Part shown: positions 8,342-16,238 of the stretch, piece after piece
Numbering within the stretch: position 1 is the stretch's first letter
Layout: every line of letters begins with the position of its first letter
Origin: Bdellovibrionota bacterium
GTDB taxonomy: Bacteria; Bdellovibrionota_C; UBA2361; JBGSMV01
Assembly: GCA_044356455.1 (NCBI GenBank)
Contig: JBIKWF010000062.1
Coordinates: forward strand, 1-24,731
Length of the DNA stretch: 24,731 nt
Direction: 5' to 3'
Position numbers and translations under genes: made by a program
Notes under the pieces: generated by a model
What the model was told of the DNA's origin: nothing
The model's database searches: none
What the model saw: the letters and a program-made list of their open reading frames with translations, nothing else

Positions 8342-8974
8342 CTACATCCAAAATGCTTGATTTACGGGGGCTGGCTCCCAGCCCTGTTCCCCTTCAAAGG
8401 GCTGTGAGCACAAGACGCGAATGGGTCCATTTCGCACGTGCATTTGAAAATAGTCAGGCTTCTCATCGAACGCCGAATAGCAATAGGCACGGTGCTCGTT
8501 CGCAACGAGAAAGTTCATAGCTCGAATTCTCTTAGCCCGGGAGCGAATAGCGCGGGCGCCGGAGGAAATGGTTTCCATCCAATCGCCTTCATGCTGGGTT
8601 CTTAGGAAATTAAAAATCTTTTCTGCGCCAATTCGTCCTTCAGCTCGAATTCTTACTTCATGCAGTTCGCCGTTAAAGGCAAAAACAAGATTATCTGCCA
8701 GGAATGGCATGTTGTTTTCAACGCAGATTCCTTCATCGCGAAAGGCACTTCGTGCGTGAGCGATAAGGCAGGTGGTGGTTCCGAGATTCGGTAAGGCGTC
8801 CTCCCAAATTGGCTGGATGCTGTGGTGGCTTTTCCACTGAGCACCGTCCCACAAGGCCAAGCCCCAGCCGTGTCCCTGGTATTCGGGACTGTTTTTCGCC
8901 ACCTTTGCGAAGCGTTGGAGGAAGGGCTCTACCTCAAAGGGCTTTTCTGATTTGGCGTAAAGGAGTCGGCACAT
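8342..8974 (-). CDS. Class II glutamine amidotransferase / Ntn-hydrolase (EgtC/YafJ/Dug3-like)
   Basis: ATG 8974 gives MCRLL (Cys nucleophile at position 2); GHGWG, HARSA, NNMPF, FAFNG, CSQPF motifs; ends 9 bp before lysZ. Confidence 0.88.
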   Translation of the reverse strand: MCRLLYAKSEKPFEVEPFLQRFAKVAKNSPEYQGHGWGLALWDGAQWKSHHSIQPIWEDALPNLGTTTCLIAHARSAFRDEGICVENNMPFLADNLVFAFNGELHEVRIRAEGRIGAEKIFNFLRTQHEGDWMETISSGARAIRSRAKRIRAMNFLVANEHRAYCYSAFDEKPDYFQMHVRNGPIRVLCSQPFEGEQGWEPAPVNQAFWM

Positions 8975-9042
8975 AAACAATAGGTTAAGACCACCAGTAA
9001 TAACACAAAGATGAGGGGTATGGTCTTTGTGTGGTTCCCTAG

Positions 9043-9172
9043 GGAGCCTCTGAAAAAGATCGCTATTTTATTTTTTATCTCAGTGAACTCTGTGTCCTCT
9101 GTGGTTTTTTCAACAATTTAAATCAACCACAGAGGGCACAGAGTTCACAGAGCGGACTTTTTCAGAGATTCC
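9043..9172. mobile_element. MITE family B copy 2 (130 bp), inside the lys operon
   Basis: TIR GGAGCCTCTGAAAAA...TTTTTCAGAGATTCC with CTAG on both sides (9039-9042, 9173-9176); the right CTAG contains the lysY stop. Confidence 0.85.
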
Positions 9173-10216
9173 CTAGATTGGGTGTAGCCCTGAAAATTCC
9201 AAAGCGGTTGTTTCGGGCAGACCAAGCATCAGGTTCATTGCTTGCACAGCCTGTCCTGCGGCACCTTTCATGAGGTTGTCGATAGCGGAAATCACCACTA
9301 TGCGCCCAGTGTGCGGGTCTACTTCAAAACCCACATCACAATAATTGGTGCCCCAGAGAAGTTTAGGCTCCGGATAACGATAGTTACCTTGCCGGTCCTT
9401 CACTATCCGCACGAAGGGCTCTTTCCCATACACTTCTCGGTACATCTGCCAGAGTTCTTTCTCAGTTACCGGACGCGAGGGGAACACGCTTGCGGTTGCA
9501 AGCACTCCGCGCACCATATCGAGGGCAGTGAGCGAGAGATGCATGCTGTTCTCCGGAAGAGAAAGCTCTTGCAGTACCTCAGCCGTGTGCCGGTGGCCCG
9601 TAGGGGAGAAGGAGCGCACGGAATGACTTCTCTCGGGATGGTGAGAGCTCTCGCTTGAGACGCGGCCTCCCTCGCTCGAGCCGGCCTTAATGTCCACGAT
9701 GGCGGGCTGGGCACCAATTAGGCCAAATTTACTAAGAGGATAGAGCCCAAGAATCGTCGCCGTCGCGTTGCATCCTGCACTTGAAATTCGGGTAGAGCTC
9801 CGCATCTCTTCACGGTGGAGTTCAGGAATCCCGTAGACAAAGTCGATTAGCCGCTGGGGAAGGGGATGCTCATACCCGTACCAGCGCTGATAGGCGCTTG
9901 GAGTATTCAATCTAAAGTCGGCACTGAGGTCGATAAGCCGCGGAGCGAGACCTTCGAGGGTGTTTATGTGCTTGGCACTCTCGCCATGAGGCAAACAGCA
10001 AAAGAGCACATCAACGCTGCCAAGTTCTGCCATCTTCTTAAATGAGAGCTCGGAGCGTTTGCGAAGATGAGGGTGAGCGCGGTGGATAAACTGGCCGGCA
10101 AGGCGCTCTGAGCTTACCTCGGCGACCTCTACGCCTGGGTGCGAGAGAAGAAGCCTCAGAAGCTCTCCTCCCGTGTACCCCGAGGCTCCTACAATACCAA
10201 CACGAACCTGGCTCAT
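9173..10216 (-). CDS. lysY: [LysW]-aminoadipyl-phosphate reductase (LysY/ArgC family)
   Basis: [54 protein letters not shown] overlap with lysX. Confidence 0.92.
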   Translation of the reverse strand: MSQVRVGIVGASGYTGGELLRLLLSHPGVEVAEVSSERLAGQFIHRAHPHLRKRSELSFKKMAELGSVDVLFCCLPHGESAKHINTLEGLAPRLIDLSADFRLNTPSAYQRWYGYEHPLPQRLIDFVYGIPELHREEMRSSTRISSAGCNATATILGLYPLSKFGLIGAQPAIVDIKAGSSEGGRVSSESSHHPERSHSVRSFSPTGHRHTAEVLQELSLPENSMHLSLTALDMVRGVLATASVFPSRPVTEKELWQMYREVYGKEPFVRIVKDRQGNYRYPEPKLLWGTNYCDVGFEVDPHTGRIVVISAIDNLMKGAAGQAVQAMNLMLGLPETTALEFSGLHPI

Positions 10217-11070
10217 ACTGCTCTACTTCTTGCGACCTTTAGGACGTAGTCCACCATGGCTCCTGGAATATTAACGCCAGTGGTGGTCACGCTGTTCTTA
10301 AACTCCATCGTGTGATTGACCTCGTTGACGATAATTCCATCTTTCGTCTCAAAGAGGTCAATCGCCACCATCCCGCCGCCTACCGCTTTTGCTGCGCGCA
10401 CGGAAAGTTCACCAATTTCTGCGGTGACCGGACAGTTGCTTGCAACTCCGCCTCGCGCCGTATTGGTGATCCAGTGGTCTGAGGTGCGGTAGATTGCGGC
10501 GATACATTCGTCGCCTACCACAAAACTTCGAATATCCCGGCCGTGCTTTTCGACGTAGCGCTGCAGATAGAAAATGGAATGATGGTAGCTTCCAAGAACC
10601 TCTTTGTGTTCAAGCAGCGCCTCGGCAGCATCGCGATCGTTGATTTTTGCGAGCAGCCTGCCCCATGAACCAACTGCTGGTTTCATTACCACCGGGTAAC
10701 CCATCTCTTCTATCGTCGCGAGCGCTGATTCCGCCGTAAAGGCGACTCGCACCTCAGGTTGCGGAACTCCGGCGTTTTGCAGAGCGATAGAGGTAAGTAA
10801 CTTATCTCCGCAGGTAGTCGCGATGGCAGAGCTGTTCACACAAGCCACGCCACCCGCTTCAAAAAGCTGAAGTGCCGTGAGTCCTCGCGAGTGGGTGATG
10901 GAGCGCTCAAGCACTGCGTCAACCCCAAAGCCGCGGCTTCCAAGTTTAAAGGTCAAAACTCGGTCGTCAATCATCACGGTGGACACGTTGGGACGGGACT
11001 CGAGTTCATCGAGCAACATCTTTTCATCTTTGCGGATGAGGGTGTGCAAAAACCCAATGCGAGTGTTCAT
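10213..11070 (-). CDS. lysX: Alpha-aminoadipate--LysW ligase (RimK-family ATP-grasp)
   Basis: [37 protein letters not shown] match the LysX type rather than ArgX; ATG 11070 lies 2 bp after the lysW stop. Confidence 0.93.
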   Translation of the reverse strand: MNTRIGFLHTLIRKDEKMLLDELESRPNVSTVMIDDRVLTFKLGSRGFGVDAVLERSITHSRGLTALQLFEAGGVACVNSSAIATTCGDKLLTSIALQNAGVPQPEVRVAFTAESALATIEEMGYPVVMKPAVGSWGRLLAKINDRDAAEALLEHKEVLGSYHHSIFYLQRYVEKHGRDIRSFVVGDECIAAIYRTSDHWITNTARGGVASNCPVTAEIGELSVRAAKAVGGGMVAIDLFETKDGIIVNEVNHTMEFKNSVTTTGVNIPGAMVDYVLKVARSRAV

Positions 11071-11072
11071 GC

Positions 11073-11237
11073 TTATTCTCCCCAATCCTCGCCCTCTTCA
11101 GGGGCTTCGGCGAGAAGTACGGGGGCAAGACCAGCTACTTCAAGGTCTGCGCCGCAGTCTCCGCATTGAACAAGTTCACCTTTAACGGTATCGGCCGCGA
11201 GTTTCACTCCGGCGCTGCACACTGGACAATCTCCCAT
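11073..11237 (-). CDS. lysW: Amino-group carrier protein LysW (54 aa; not in ORF track)
   Basis: Manual translation [54 protein letters not shown]: two CxxC motifs, C-terminal EDWGE, GGAGG SD at 11246-11242. Confidence 0.96.
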   Translation of the reverse strand: MGDCPVCSAGVKLAADTVKGELVQCGDCGADLEVAGLAPVLLAEAPEEGEDWGE

Positions 11238-11392
11238 ACATCCTCCGAACAAACATGGTTCGGTAGAGTTGTAGGGGGAATAGAGCTTGGCGCCAAGTTT
11301 TAGGTTGCCGGCAACAAAGTCTATCAGAAAGTGTTAGGAATATAACGAGGCCGGTTTTGGGCGACTGCTGCTGGTAGGGGTTCAATATGTCG

Positions 11393-11642
11393 CCGCGTGC
11401 CAGGGCGGAAGATCTTGCGGCACCGCGAGGACGCGGCGCCCTACCAAGATGCGACGCCTATGGGTAGGGCGCGCCGTTCCGCCTCTGCCAGTAGGCGACG
11501 GCGCGACGCGCGCCCCGGCGTGCCGAATCAAATGCCGTGGGTTAGGCAGGGGGTGAGGGTCTCGTAATTATTAAGCTGGCAAAAATGTGCCACGTGCCAG
11601 GACGAAAGATCTTGCGGCACCGCGGGGACGCGGCGCCCTACC
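11393..11642. repeat. REP doublet array (family A), with a 35-bp insert
   Basis: Units start at agatc 11410 and 11607; insert at 11478-11512 is identical to 5322-5356. Confidence 0.85.
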
Positions 11643-11668
11643 TTGGACGACAATTAAGGGGAGTATTC

Positions 11669-12454
11669 CTACTGCTTGACTAAGTCGAGCGCCTTAGGCG
11701 AGACGTCGCCGATAGCATCCAGGGCAGTTGCTGGATTGCTGAAAATCTTCGTCTCCGCAGCCCCTGCGAGCTTCGCCGCGGCGTCAACATCACGCACCGA
11801 GGCCTTGGACGCTTCGGTATTTTGCTGCGCAATTTCATAGGAGAGCACTGCGCCCTTAAGCGTCTCGTTACTCTGCTGCATTGCTTTGCGCATATCATCG
11901 ATACGTGCGCGGGCTTTGGCTACGTTTGTGATCGTCTGGATGATGGTCTCTTTTCTCGAGAACGAAATCGGTTGAAGTCCATCCTTCTTACCGCGCTCTT
12001 CGGGAATCAGAACGTCCAAAGTTTTTCCGATGGTTTCTTCGACTTGCTTTCGCACCTGGTCATCAGGAATTGGAGCGCTTGCAGCCGAGGAAACTTCCCT
12101 TGCAGTTCGCTTAATCTCATCAACCATTTGATTGGCTTCTGACTCAAGTGCCTGCTTGCGCTGCGGAGACACTTCGCCTTGGGCCTGCTCGATGAAGCCG
12201 TCAATGCTGCTAAGATAATTGGCAATCGAAGTAGTCGCGTCGGATGCGACGTTAAGAGAAGAAATAGCCTCGTTCAGATTCTTTCTAAGGTCAGCAGAGA
12301 CTGAGGCAGGGATATTGTTTGCTCCCTTTAATTGTACCTCGGGCTTAGGGACAGAGTTAGTTGCAGCAGTGCCTTTCGCGCGCGTCGCTTGCTGTAGGGG
12401 GATGGGCGAGAGTGCCCCAATAACGACGCGTTTACCTACGTCTTTGACATCCAT
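11669..12454 (-). CDS. Divergent flagellin-like protein lacking the canonical N-terminal D0 segment
   Basis: RKNLNEAISSLNVASDA...RKQALESEANQMVDEIKR resembles flagellin ND1; QNTEASKASVRDVDAA...ALDLVK resembles the flagellin C-terminus (ENLxAAxSRIRDVDxA). Confidence 0.65.
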   Translation of the reverse strand: MDVKDVGKRVVIGALSPIPLQQATRAKGTAATNSVPKPEVQLKGANNIPASVSADLRKNLNEAISSLNVASDATTSIANYLSSIDGFIEQAQGEVSPQRKQALESEANQMVDEIKRTAREVSSAASAPIPDDQVRKQVEETIGKTLDVLIPEERGKKDGLQPISFSRKETIIQTITNVAKARARIDDMRKAMQQSNETLKGAVLSYEIAQQNTEASKASVRDVDAAAKLAGAAETKIFSNPATALDAIGDVSPKALDLVKQ

Positions 12455-12557
12455 ATTGTCACACCACCGAGTTCCTCCAATGCTGCGCCGCCGTAAAGGC
12501 CTTCGCTCACTTAGAAGAACAACCGATGCCTCCGATACACCTTTGTACTCACCTTAT

Positions 12558-12584
12558 GTATCGGGACTCTGCTGGATAACTTAA
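12558..12584 (-). promoter_or_regulatory. sigma28 (FliA)-type promoter
   Basis: Minus strand TTAAGTTA-N11-CCCGATAC versus consensus TAAAGTTT-N11-GCCGATAA, ~100 bp upstream of the flagellin-like gene. Confidence 0.65.
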
Positions 12585-12651
12585 GGAAAAAATTATTCAG
12601 TGTGGTTTTAGGTGGTTATGTGGGATGCGTGCTGGGCCTCTCTCGGCTGAC

Positions 12652-12963
12652 TTACTGGTTGCCAGATCCCTGGCTTTTCTTCGCATGCTGATCGGCAGCA
12701 GCATGCGCCATCATTGCGGAATCAAACATCCCGTGTGCGTCGCCCGCTGCGTAGGAAGCCTTAAGCATAAAGCGAACATTTTCGGGAACGCCCTCGCGCG
12801 CGAGGGGATTTCCGATAAGTCCTGCAATTACATGCGCACGTTCTGAGGCGCCTGCGGGCAGCGTGAGGGCAGAAGGAGCTTCAGCAGGGGGCGGTGATTG
12901 AGGCGCGCCCTGAGTTTCTCTGGAAAGCGGAGCGGGGGTAGTTTTCTTGTCGTGTAGATCCAT
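12652..12963 (-). CDS. Hypothetical protein (Pro/Ala-rich N-terminus)
   Basis: 103 aa ORF with ATG and a closely spaced AGGA upstream; no family recognised. Confidence 0.45.
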   Translation of the reverse strand: MDLHDKKTTPAPLSRETQGAPQSPPPAEAPSALTLPAGASERAHVIAGLIGNPLAREGVPENVRFMLKASYAAGDAHGMFDSAMMAHAAADQHAKKSQGSGNQ

Positions 12964-13104
12964 AGTTCCTAAAGACTGCCTTTATTCTGTCCGGCACTCA
13001 AATATTTTTGATTTTGAATGTCCTGCAGCGCAGCTGGTTTATGCAAAATCAATAAGTTAAGGCGCACCAGGAAATGCTCCCCGATCAATGCCGGGCGGGT
13101 TCAA

Positions 13105-13486
13105 AGATCCTGCGGCACCGCAGGGACGCGGCGCCCTACCAAGATGCGACGCCTATGGGTAGGGCGCGCCGAATCAAATGCCGCGGGGCTGGCAGGCAGC
13201 GGGGATTTCGCGATTCGCAAGGGGACAAAAATATGCCGCGTGCCAAGGCGAAAGATCTTTCGGCACCGCAGGGACGCGGCGCCCTACCAAGATGCTGCGC
13301 CTATGGGTAGGGCGCGCCGTCCCCGGCGTGCCGCAACAAATGCTGCGGGGCATCCACGGACCGATTCCTTTGCGGAGTCGTTTCGGTGAGCAAATACGAA
13401 AGATTTGCCAGGACGAGAGATCTTTCGGCACCGCAGGGCTTGTCGCGACGTCGCCTACTGGCAGAGGCGGAACGCGGCGCCCTACC
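13105..13486. repeat. REP doublet tandem array (family A), three units
   Basis: Units start at 13105, 13253 and 13418; unit 1 has a 14-bp deletion in its second REP; unit 3 has a 33-bp insert (13439-13471). Confidence 0.88.
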
Positions 13487-14673
13487 TACGGATTATTATC
13501 GGCAACACGCTCGGCATCCGCGCTCATGATGTAACCCCGCGCTGGATTCTCAATATGCAGCCACCTTCCACGCGGCGCATCGAGCTGCGTATCCTCAATG
13601 ACAACAACGGTAATTCCCGGCATCAGTTTTTGAACTGGGAGACTTCGATTATCGGGGCCTGAATACACCGTCGTGCGGTAGGTAATCTCCCATACTTGCC
13701 TTTGTCCCGGCGGAGGCGCCCCGGGTGCATCAAGAGGAGCCAGCGCGAAAGTATCTGCAGGGCGCTTTGAACTTGAAGGCGGGGGCTGTGAGCCCGTTCT
13801 ACTCCAAACCCATTCGGAGCTAGAAGATCCAGAGGGCCTCGATGTAGAAGCGGGGGTAGGACCTTGGCCTAAAAATCTCTCCATGGCCCTCGGCTCAAGC
13901 TCTTTCAGTTTTGCGAGACGCTCTTCGCTGCTGGGATGGGACGAGAGCACTGCAATCGGTGCTCCAGAATATCCAGGGCGATCCTTAACCCGTTCCCAAA
14001 AGTCTAGCGCAGCCCGCGGATCGTAGCCGGCGTCCGCCATGAGAAAGAGCCCAATTTGGTCTGCTTCGAGTTCCTTTTTCTGTTGGTCAGGGTTCACCAG
14101 CACTGCGTTGACCACTTCTTTCACGGCCATAGCGGCAACATTGGCGAGCGCTCCGTAAGGGCCTGTTTGCGCTACGACTTGACCTGCAACATTTCCCGCC
14201 ACTCCACCGATAATGGAGTTAACTTCTTCCATGGGGTCGGGATTGGTGTGCCCCGCAAGCACGTGTGCGAGTTCGTGACCCAAAATTGCGGCGAATTCGT
14301 CATCGTTTCGGATATCGTCAAAGAGACCTGTCCAGACAAAGATGAAATTACCGCGCGTGGCGCCGGCATTCTTAAATTTCGGGTCGACAAGCACATACAC
14401 ATTCCAAGGATTGCGGTCGACCTTTGCCGCCGCCGTGAGCTTGTCGACAATTGTGCGCACACGGTCAATGCGCGCATCGCTTGAGTCGATGGGGTAACGG
14501 CGAGAGAGTTCCCGAAAAACTTGCTGGCCATACTCTTCGTCTTCGGCGGTGGGCGATGCTTGCCTCGGAATTTCGCCCGCGGGAATAGGCTTGCGCTGGG
14601 AGGCGCATCCCATGAGGAGTGCTACCGCGAGCACAAGAAGAGTCTGAGAGAAGTAGCGCGCCGTAATGGTCAT
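13486..14673 (-). CDS. M48-family zinc metallopeptidase lipoprotein with C-terminal SH3b-like domain
   Basis: Lipobox LMGC; HELAH; ELEADQIG; AGYDPRAA; SSHPSSEER; Ser/Pro linker followed by TVYSGP...GRWLHI...GYI. Confidence 0.88.
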   Translation of the reverse strand: MTITARYFSQTLLVLAVALLMGCASQRKPIPAGEIPRQASPTAEDEEYGQQVFRELSRRYPIDSSDARIDRVRTIVDKLTAAAKVDRNPWNVYVLVDPKFKNAGATRGNFIFVWTGLFDDIRNDDEFAAILGHELAHVLAGHTNPDPMEEVNSIIGGVAGNVAGQVVAQTGPYGALANVAAMAVKEVVNAVLVNPDQQKKELEADQIGLFLMADAGYDPRAALDFWERVKDRPGYSGAPIAVLSSHPSSEERLAKLKELEPRAMERFLGQGPTPASTSRPSGSSSSEWVWSRTGSQPPPSSSKRPADTFALAPLDAPGAPPPGQRQVWEITYRTTVYSGPDNRSLPVQKLMPGITVVVIEDTQLDAPRGRWLHIENPARGYIMSADAERVADNNP

Positions 14674-14677
14674 CTAG

Positions 14678-14806
14678 GGAACCTCTGAGAAACCTCGATA
14701 TTTTATTTTTTTCTCTCCGTGATCTCTGTGTGCTCTGTGGTTTTCAACAATTTAAATCAACCACAGAGGGCACAGAGTCCACAGAGCAGACTTTTTCAGA
14801 TCTTCC
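14678..14806. mobile_element. MITE family B copy 3 (129 bp)
   Basis: TIR GGAACCTCTGAGAAA...TTTTTCAGATCTTCC, flanked by CTAG and ATAG; 4 bp from the M48 start codon. Confidence 0.8.
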
Positions 14807-14854
14807 ATAGAGAATTTTCTAAAAAATCCTCCTTCGTGGTCCCTCAAGTGACCT

Positions 14855-15244
14855 TTAGGGAAACATTCTCGGTAAGTACCTTAGGTACGTCTCAGGTCGC
14901 CGTCTGCAAAAAATGCGGTAGTGCGTTTCTGCAGGGTCAATCTGAAAACACTCCCAGCGCTCCGCTCCAAGAAGCGCGAGCTGAGCCTCAAGTTCAAGAG
15001 CACTAGCCTGCCGCGGCACTTCGGTAACTTTGTATTCAAAGGCCGCGAGCTTTCGAAACTCGTCAGTCGTAAGACTCTTTAAGTCTCCGCTTGAAGGGCT
15101 AAGCTCAACTACCTTATCCTTGGTCGTCGAAAGAGTTTCTTTAAGGTCTTTTGAAAGTTGCTCGAGTCGTTCGGAGTCGACACTAGAGTTACAGCTGCAA
15201 AGAGCGGCAAGAAGGAGCGGGGCACAAAGGGTAGAGATTTTCAT
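14855..15244 (-). CDS. Hypothetical lipoprotein, DUF4177-like C-terminus
   Basis: Signal peptide with LCSC lipobox; FEYKV...LEAQLALLGAERWE...IFCRR pattern. Confidence 0.65.
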   Translation of the reverse strand: MKISTLCAPLLLAALCSCNSSVDSERLEQLSKDLKETLSTTKDKVVELSPSSGDLKSLTTDEFRKLAAFEYKVTEVPRQASALELEAQLALLGAERWECFQIDPAETHYRIFCRRRPETYLRYLPRMFP

Positions 15245-15617
15245 GTGGGCAATGATAGCTGCCCTTAGGAAATTGAAGAAGTTGATGTATGGCCCGATTA
15301 AATACTCGCGTTGTACAGGCTTAGGCCTAGCGTTCTGCTGTGGATAACGCTGCTATCCATTTAATATTAATCATGAAAAAGCGCTGGCGGGGGGTGCCGG
15401 GTTGCTTTTGCCAAGCGGCTCTTACTCGTGATGTTCTTTTTAAACTCTGGTAGGTATGTGTCCCATAGAAACGTTTAACTTCGATTTGGACACAAGCCGT
15501 AGGTAGGCTGTCCCGTTGCCACCAAAGCTTGTCGTGGTGCAAATTTTCCGCGGGACAGACTCCTAGGGTTCTTGGCGCACTTTTCCTCTAATCTTTTGAT
15601 TTTGTTTAGCTCTTTCT

Positions 15618-16193
15618 ATGCCACCCATTCCTTCACATCTTAAACCTCTCTATACCGCGGAGATGATCCGCAAACGTACCGCAGAGCTTGGCGCAAGTAT
15701 TGGCGTATGGGCTGAGGAAGTTTGGCGCACATCCCACACAGACCTCTTAGCGATTCCGGTACTGCGCGGCGGAATCTTCTTCTATGCCGACCTGGTGCGG
15801 CAGATTGGGACTTCAGTAGAAATTGCGCCCGCTCGAACATGGGCCTACGAACAAAAGGCCGACGAGAACAATCCCGAGCGTAAGCCCAATGAGCTTTCCA
15901 GCGTCCAGGTGGACCTTGGTTCCGTTCCTGCTCGAGGCCGCTCGGTCTTGGTCGTCGATGATATCTGTGATTCGGGCCGCAGCCTCGCTGTCCTTAGTGC
16001 GGCCCTGAAGGATGCGGGAGCTCGGGAAGTCAAAGCCGCCGTGCTTGTAACTCGCAAAGTTGAGAATCAGGCCTACGCTCCCGAGTGGAGTGGTTTTGAT
16101 TACTCGGGGAAAGAATGGATCGTTGGTTACGGAATGGACGATAGCGAGCGCTGGCGTAATTTGGGTGGGGTTTACATTATTACCCAAGCTTAG
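15618..16193 (+). CDS. hpt: Hypoxanthine/guanine phosphoribosyltransferase-like protein
   Basis: VLRGGIFF, PRPP loop VLVVDDICDSGRSL, WIVGYGMD...WRNL. Confidence 0.75.
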   Translation: MPPIPSHLKPLYTAEMIRKRTAELGASIGVWAEEVWRTSHTDLLAIPVLRGGIFFYADLVRQIGTSVEIAPARTWAYEQKADENNPERKPNELSSVQVDLGSVPARGRSVLVVDDICDSGRSLAVLSAALKDAGAREVKAAVLVTRKVENQAYAPEWSGFDYSGKEWIVGYGMDDSERWRNLGGVYIITQA

Positions 16194-16238
16194 CTCGTGC
16201 GCCTTTATTGTAGAGACACAGAGTACTAGAGACATAGA

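Noticed and set aside
8342..8974. Ergothioneine gene egtC, or a glmS/purF fragment
   Set aside because: No egtA/B/D nearby and no synthase domain; the ORF is intact and sits 9 bp from lysZ.
6335..10216. Classical acetylated arginine operon (argC/argB/argD)
   Set aside because: lysW and a LysX-type ligase head the operon, so carrier-protein chemistry fits better.
13105..13486. CRISPR array
   Set aside because: Units are ~162 bp with inverted REP pairs, the linkers are related to each other, copies are dispersed, and no cas genes are present.
15339..15347. Perfect DnaA box TGTGGATAA, possible oriC
   Set aside because: Single perfect box, no box cluster and no dnaA/dnaN context.
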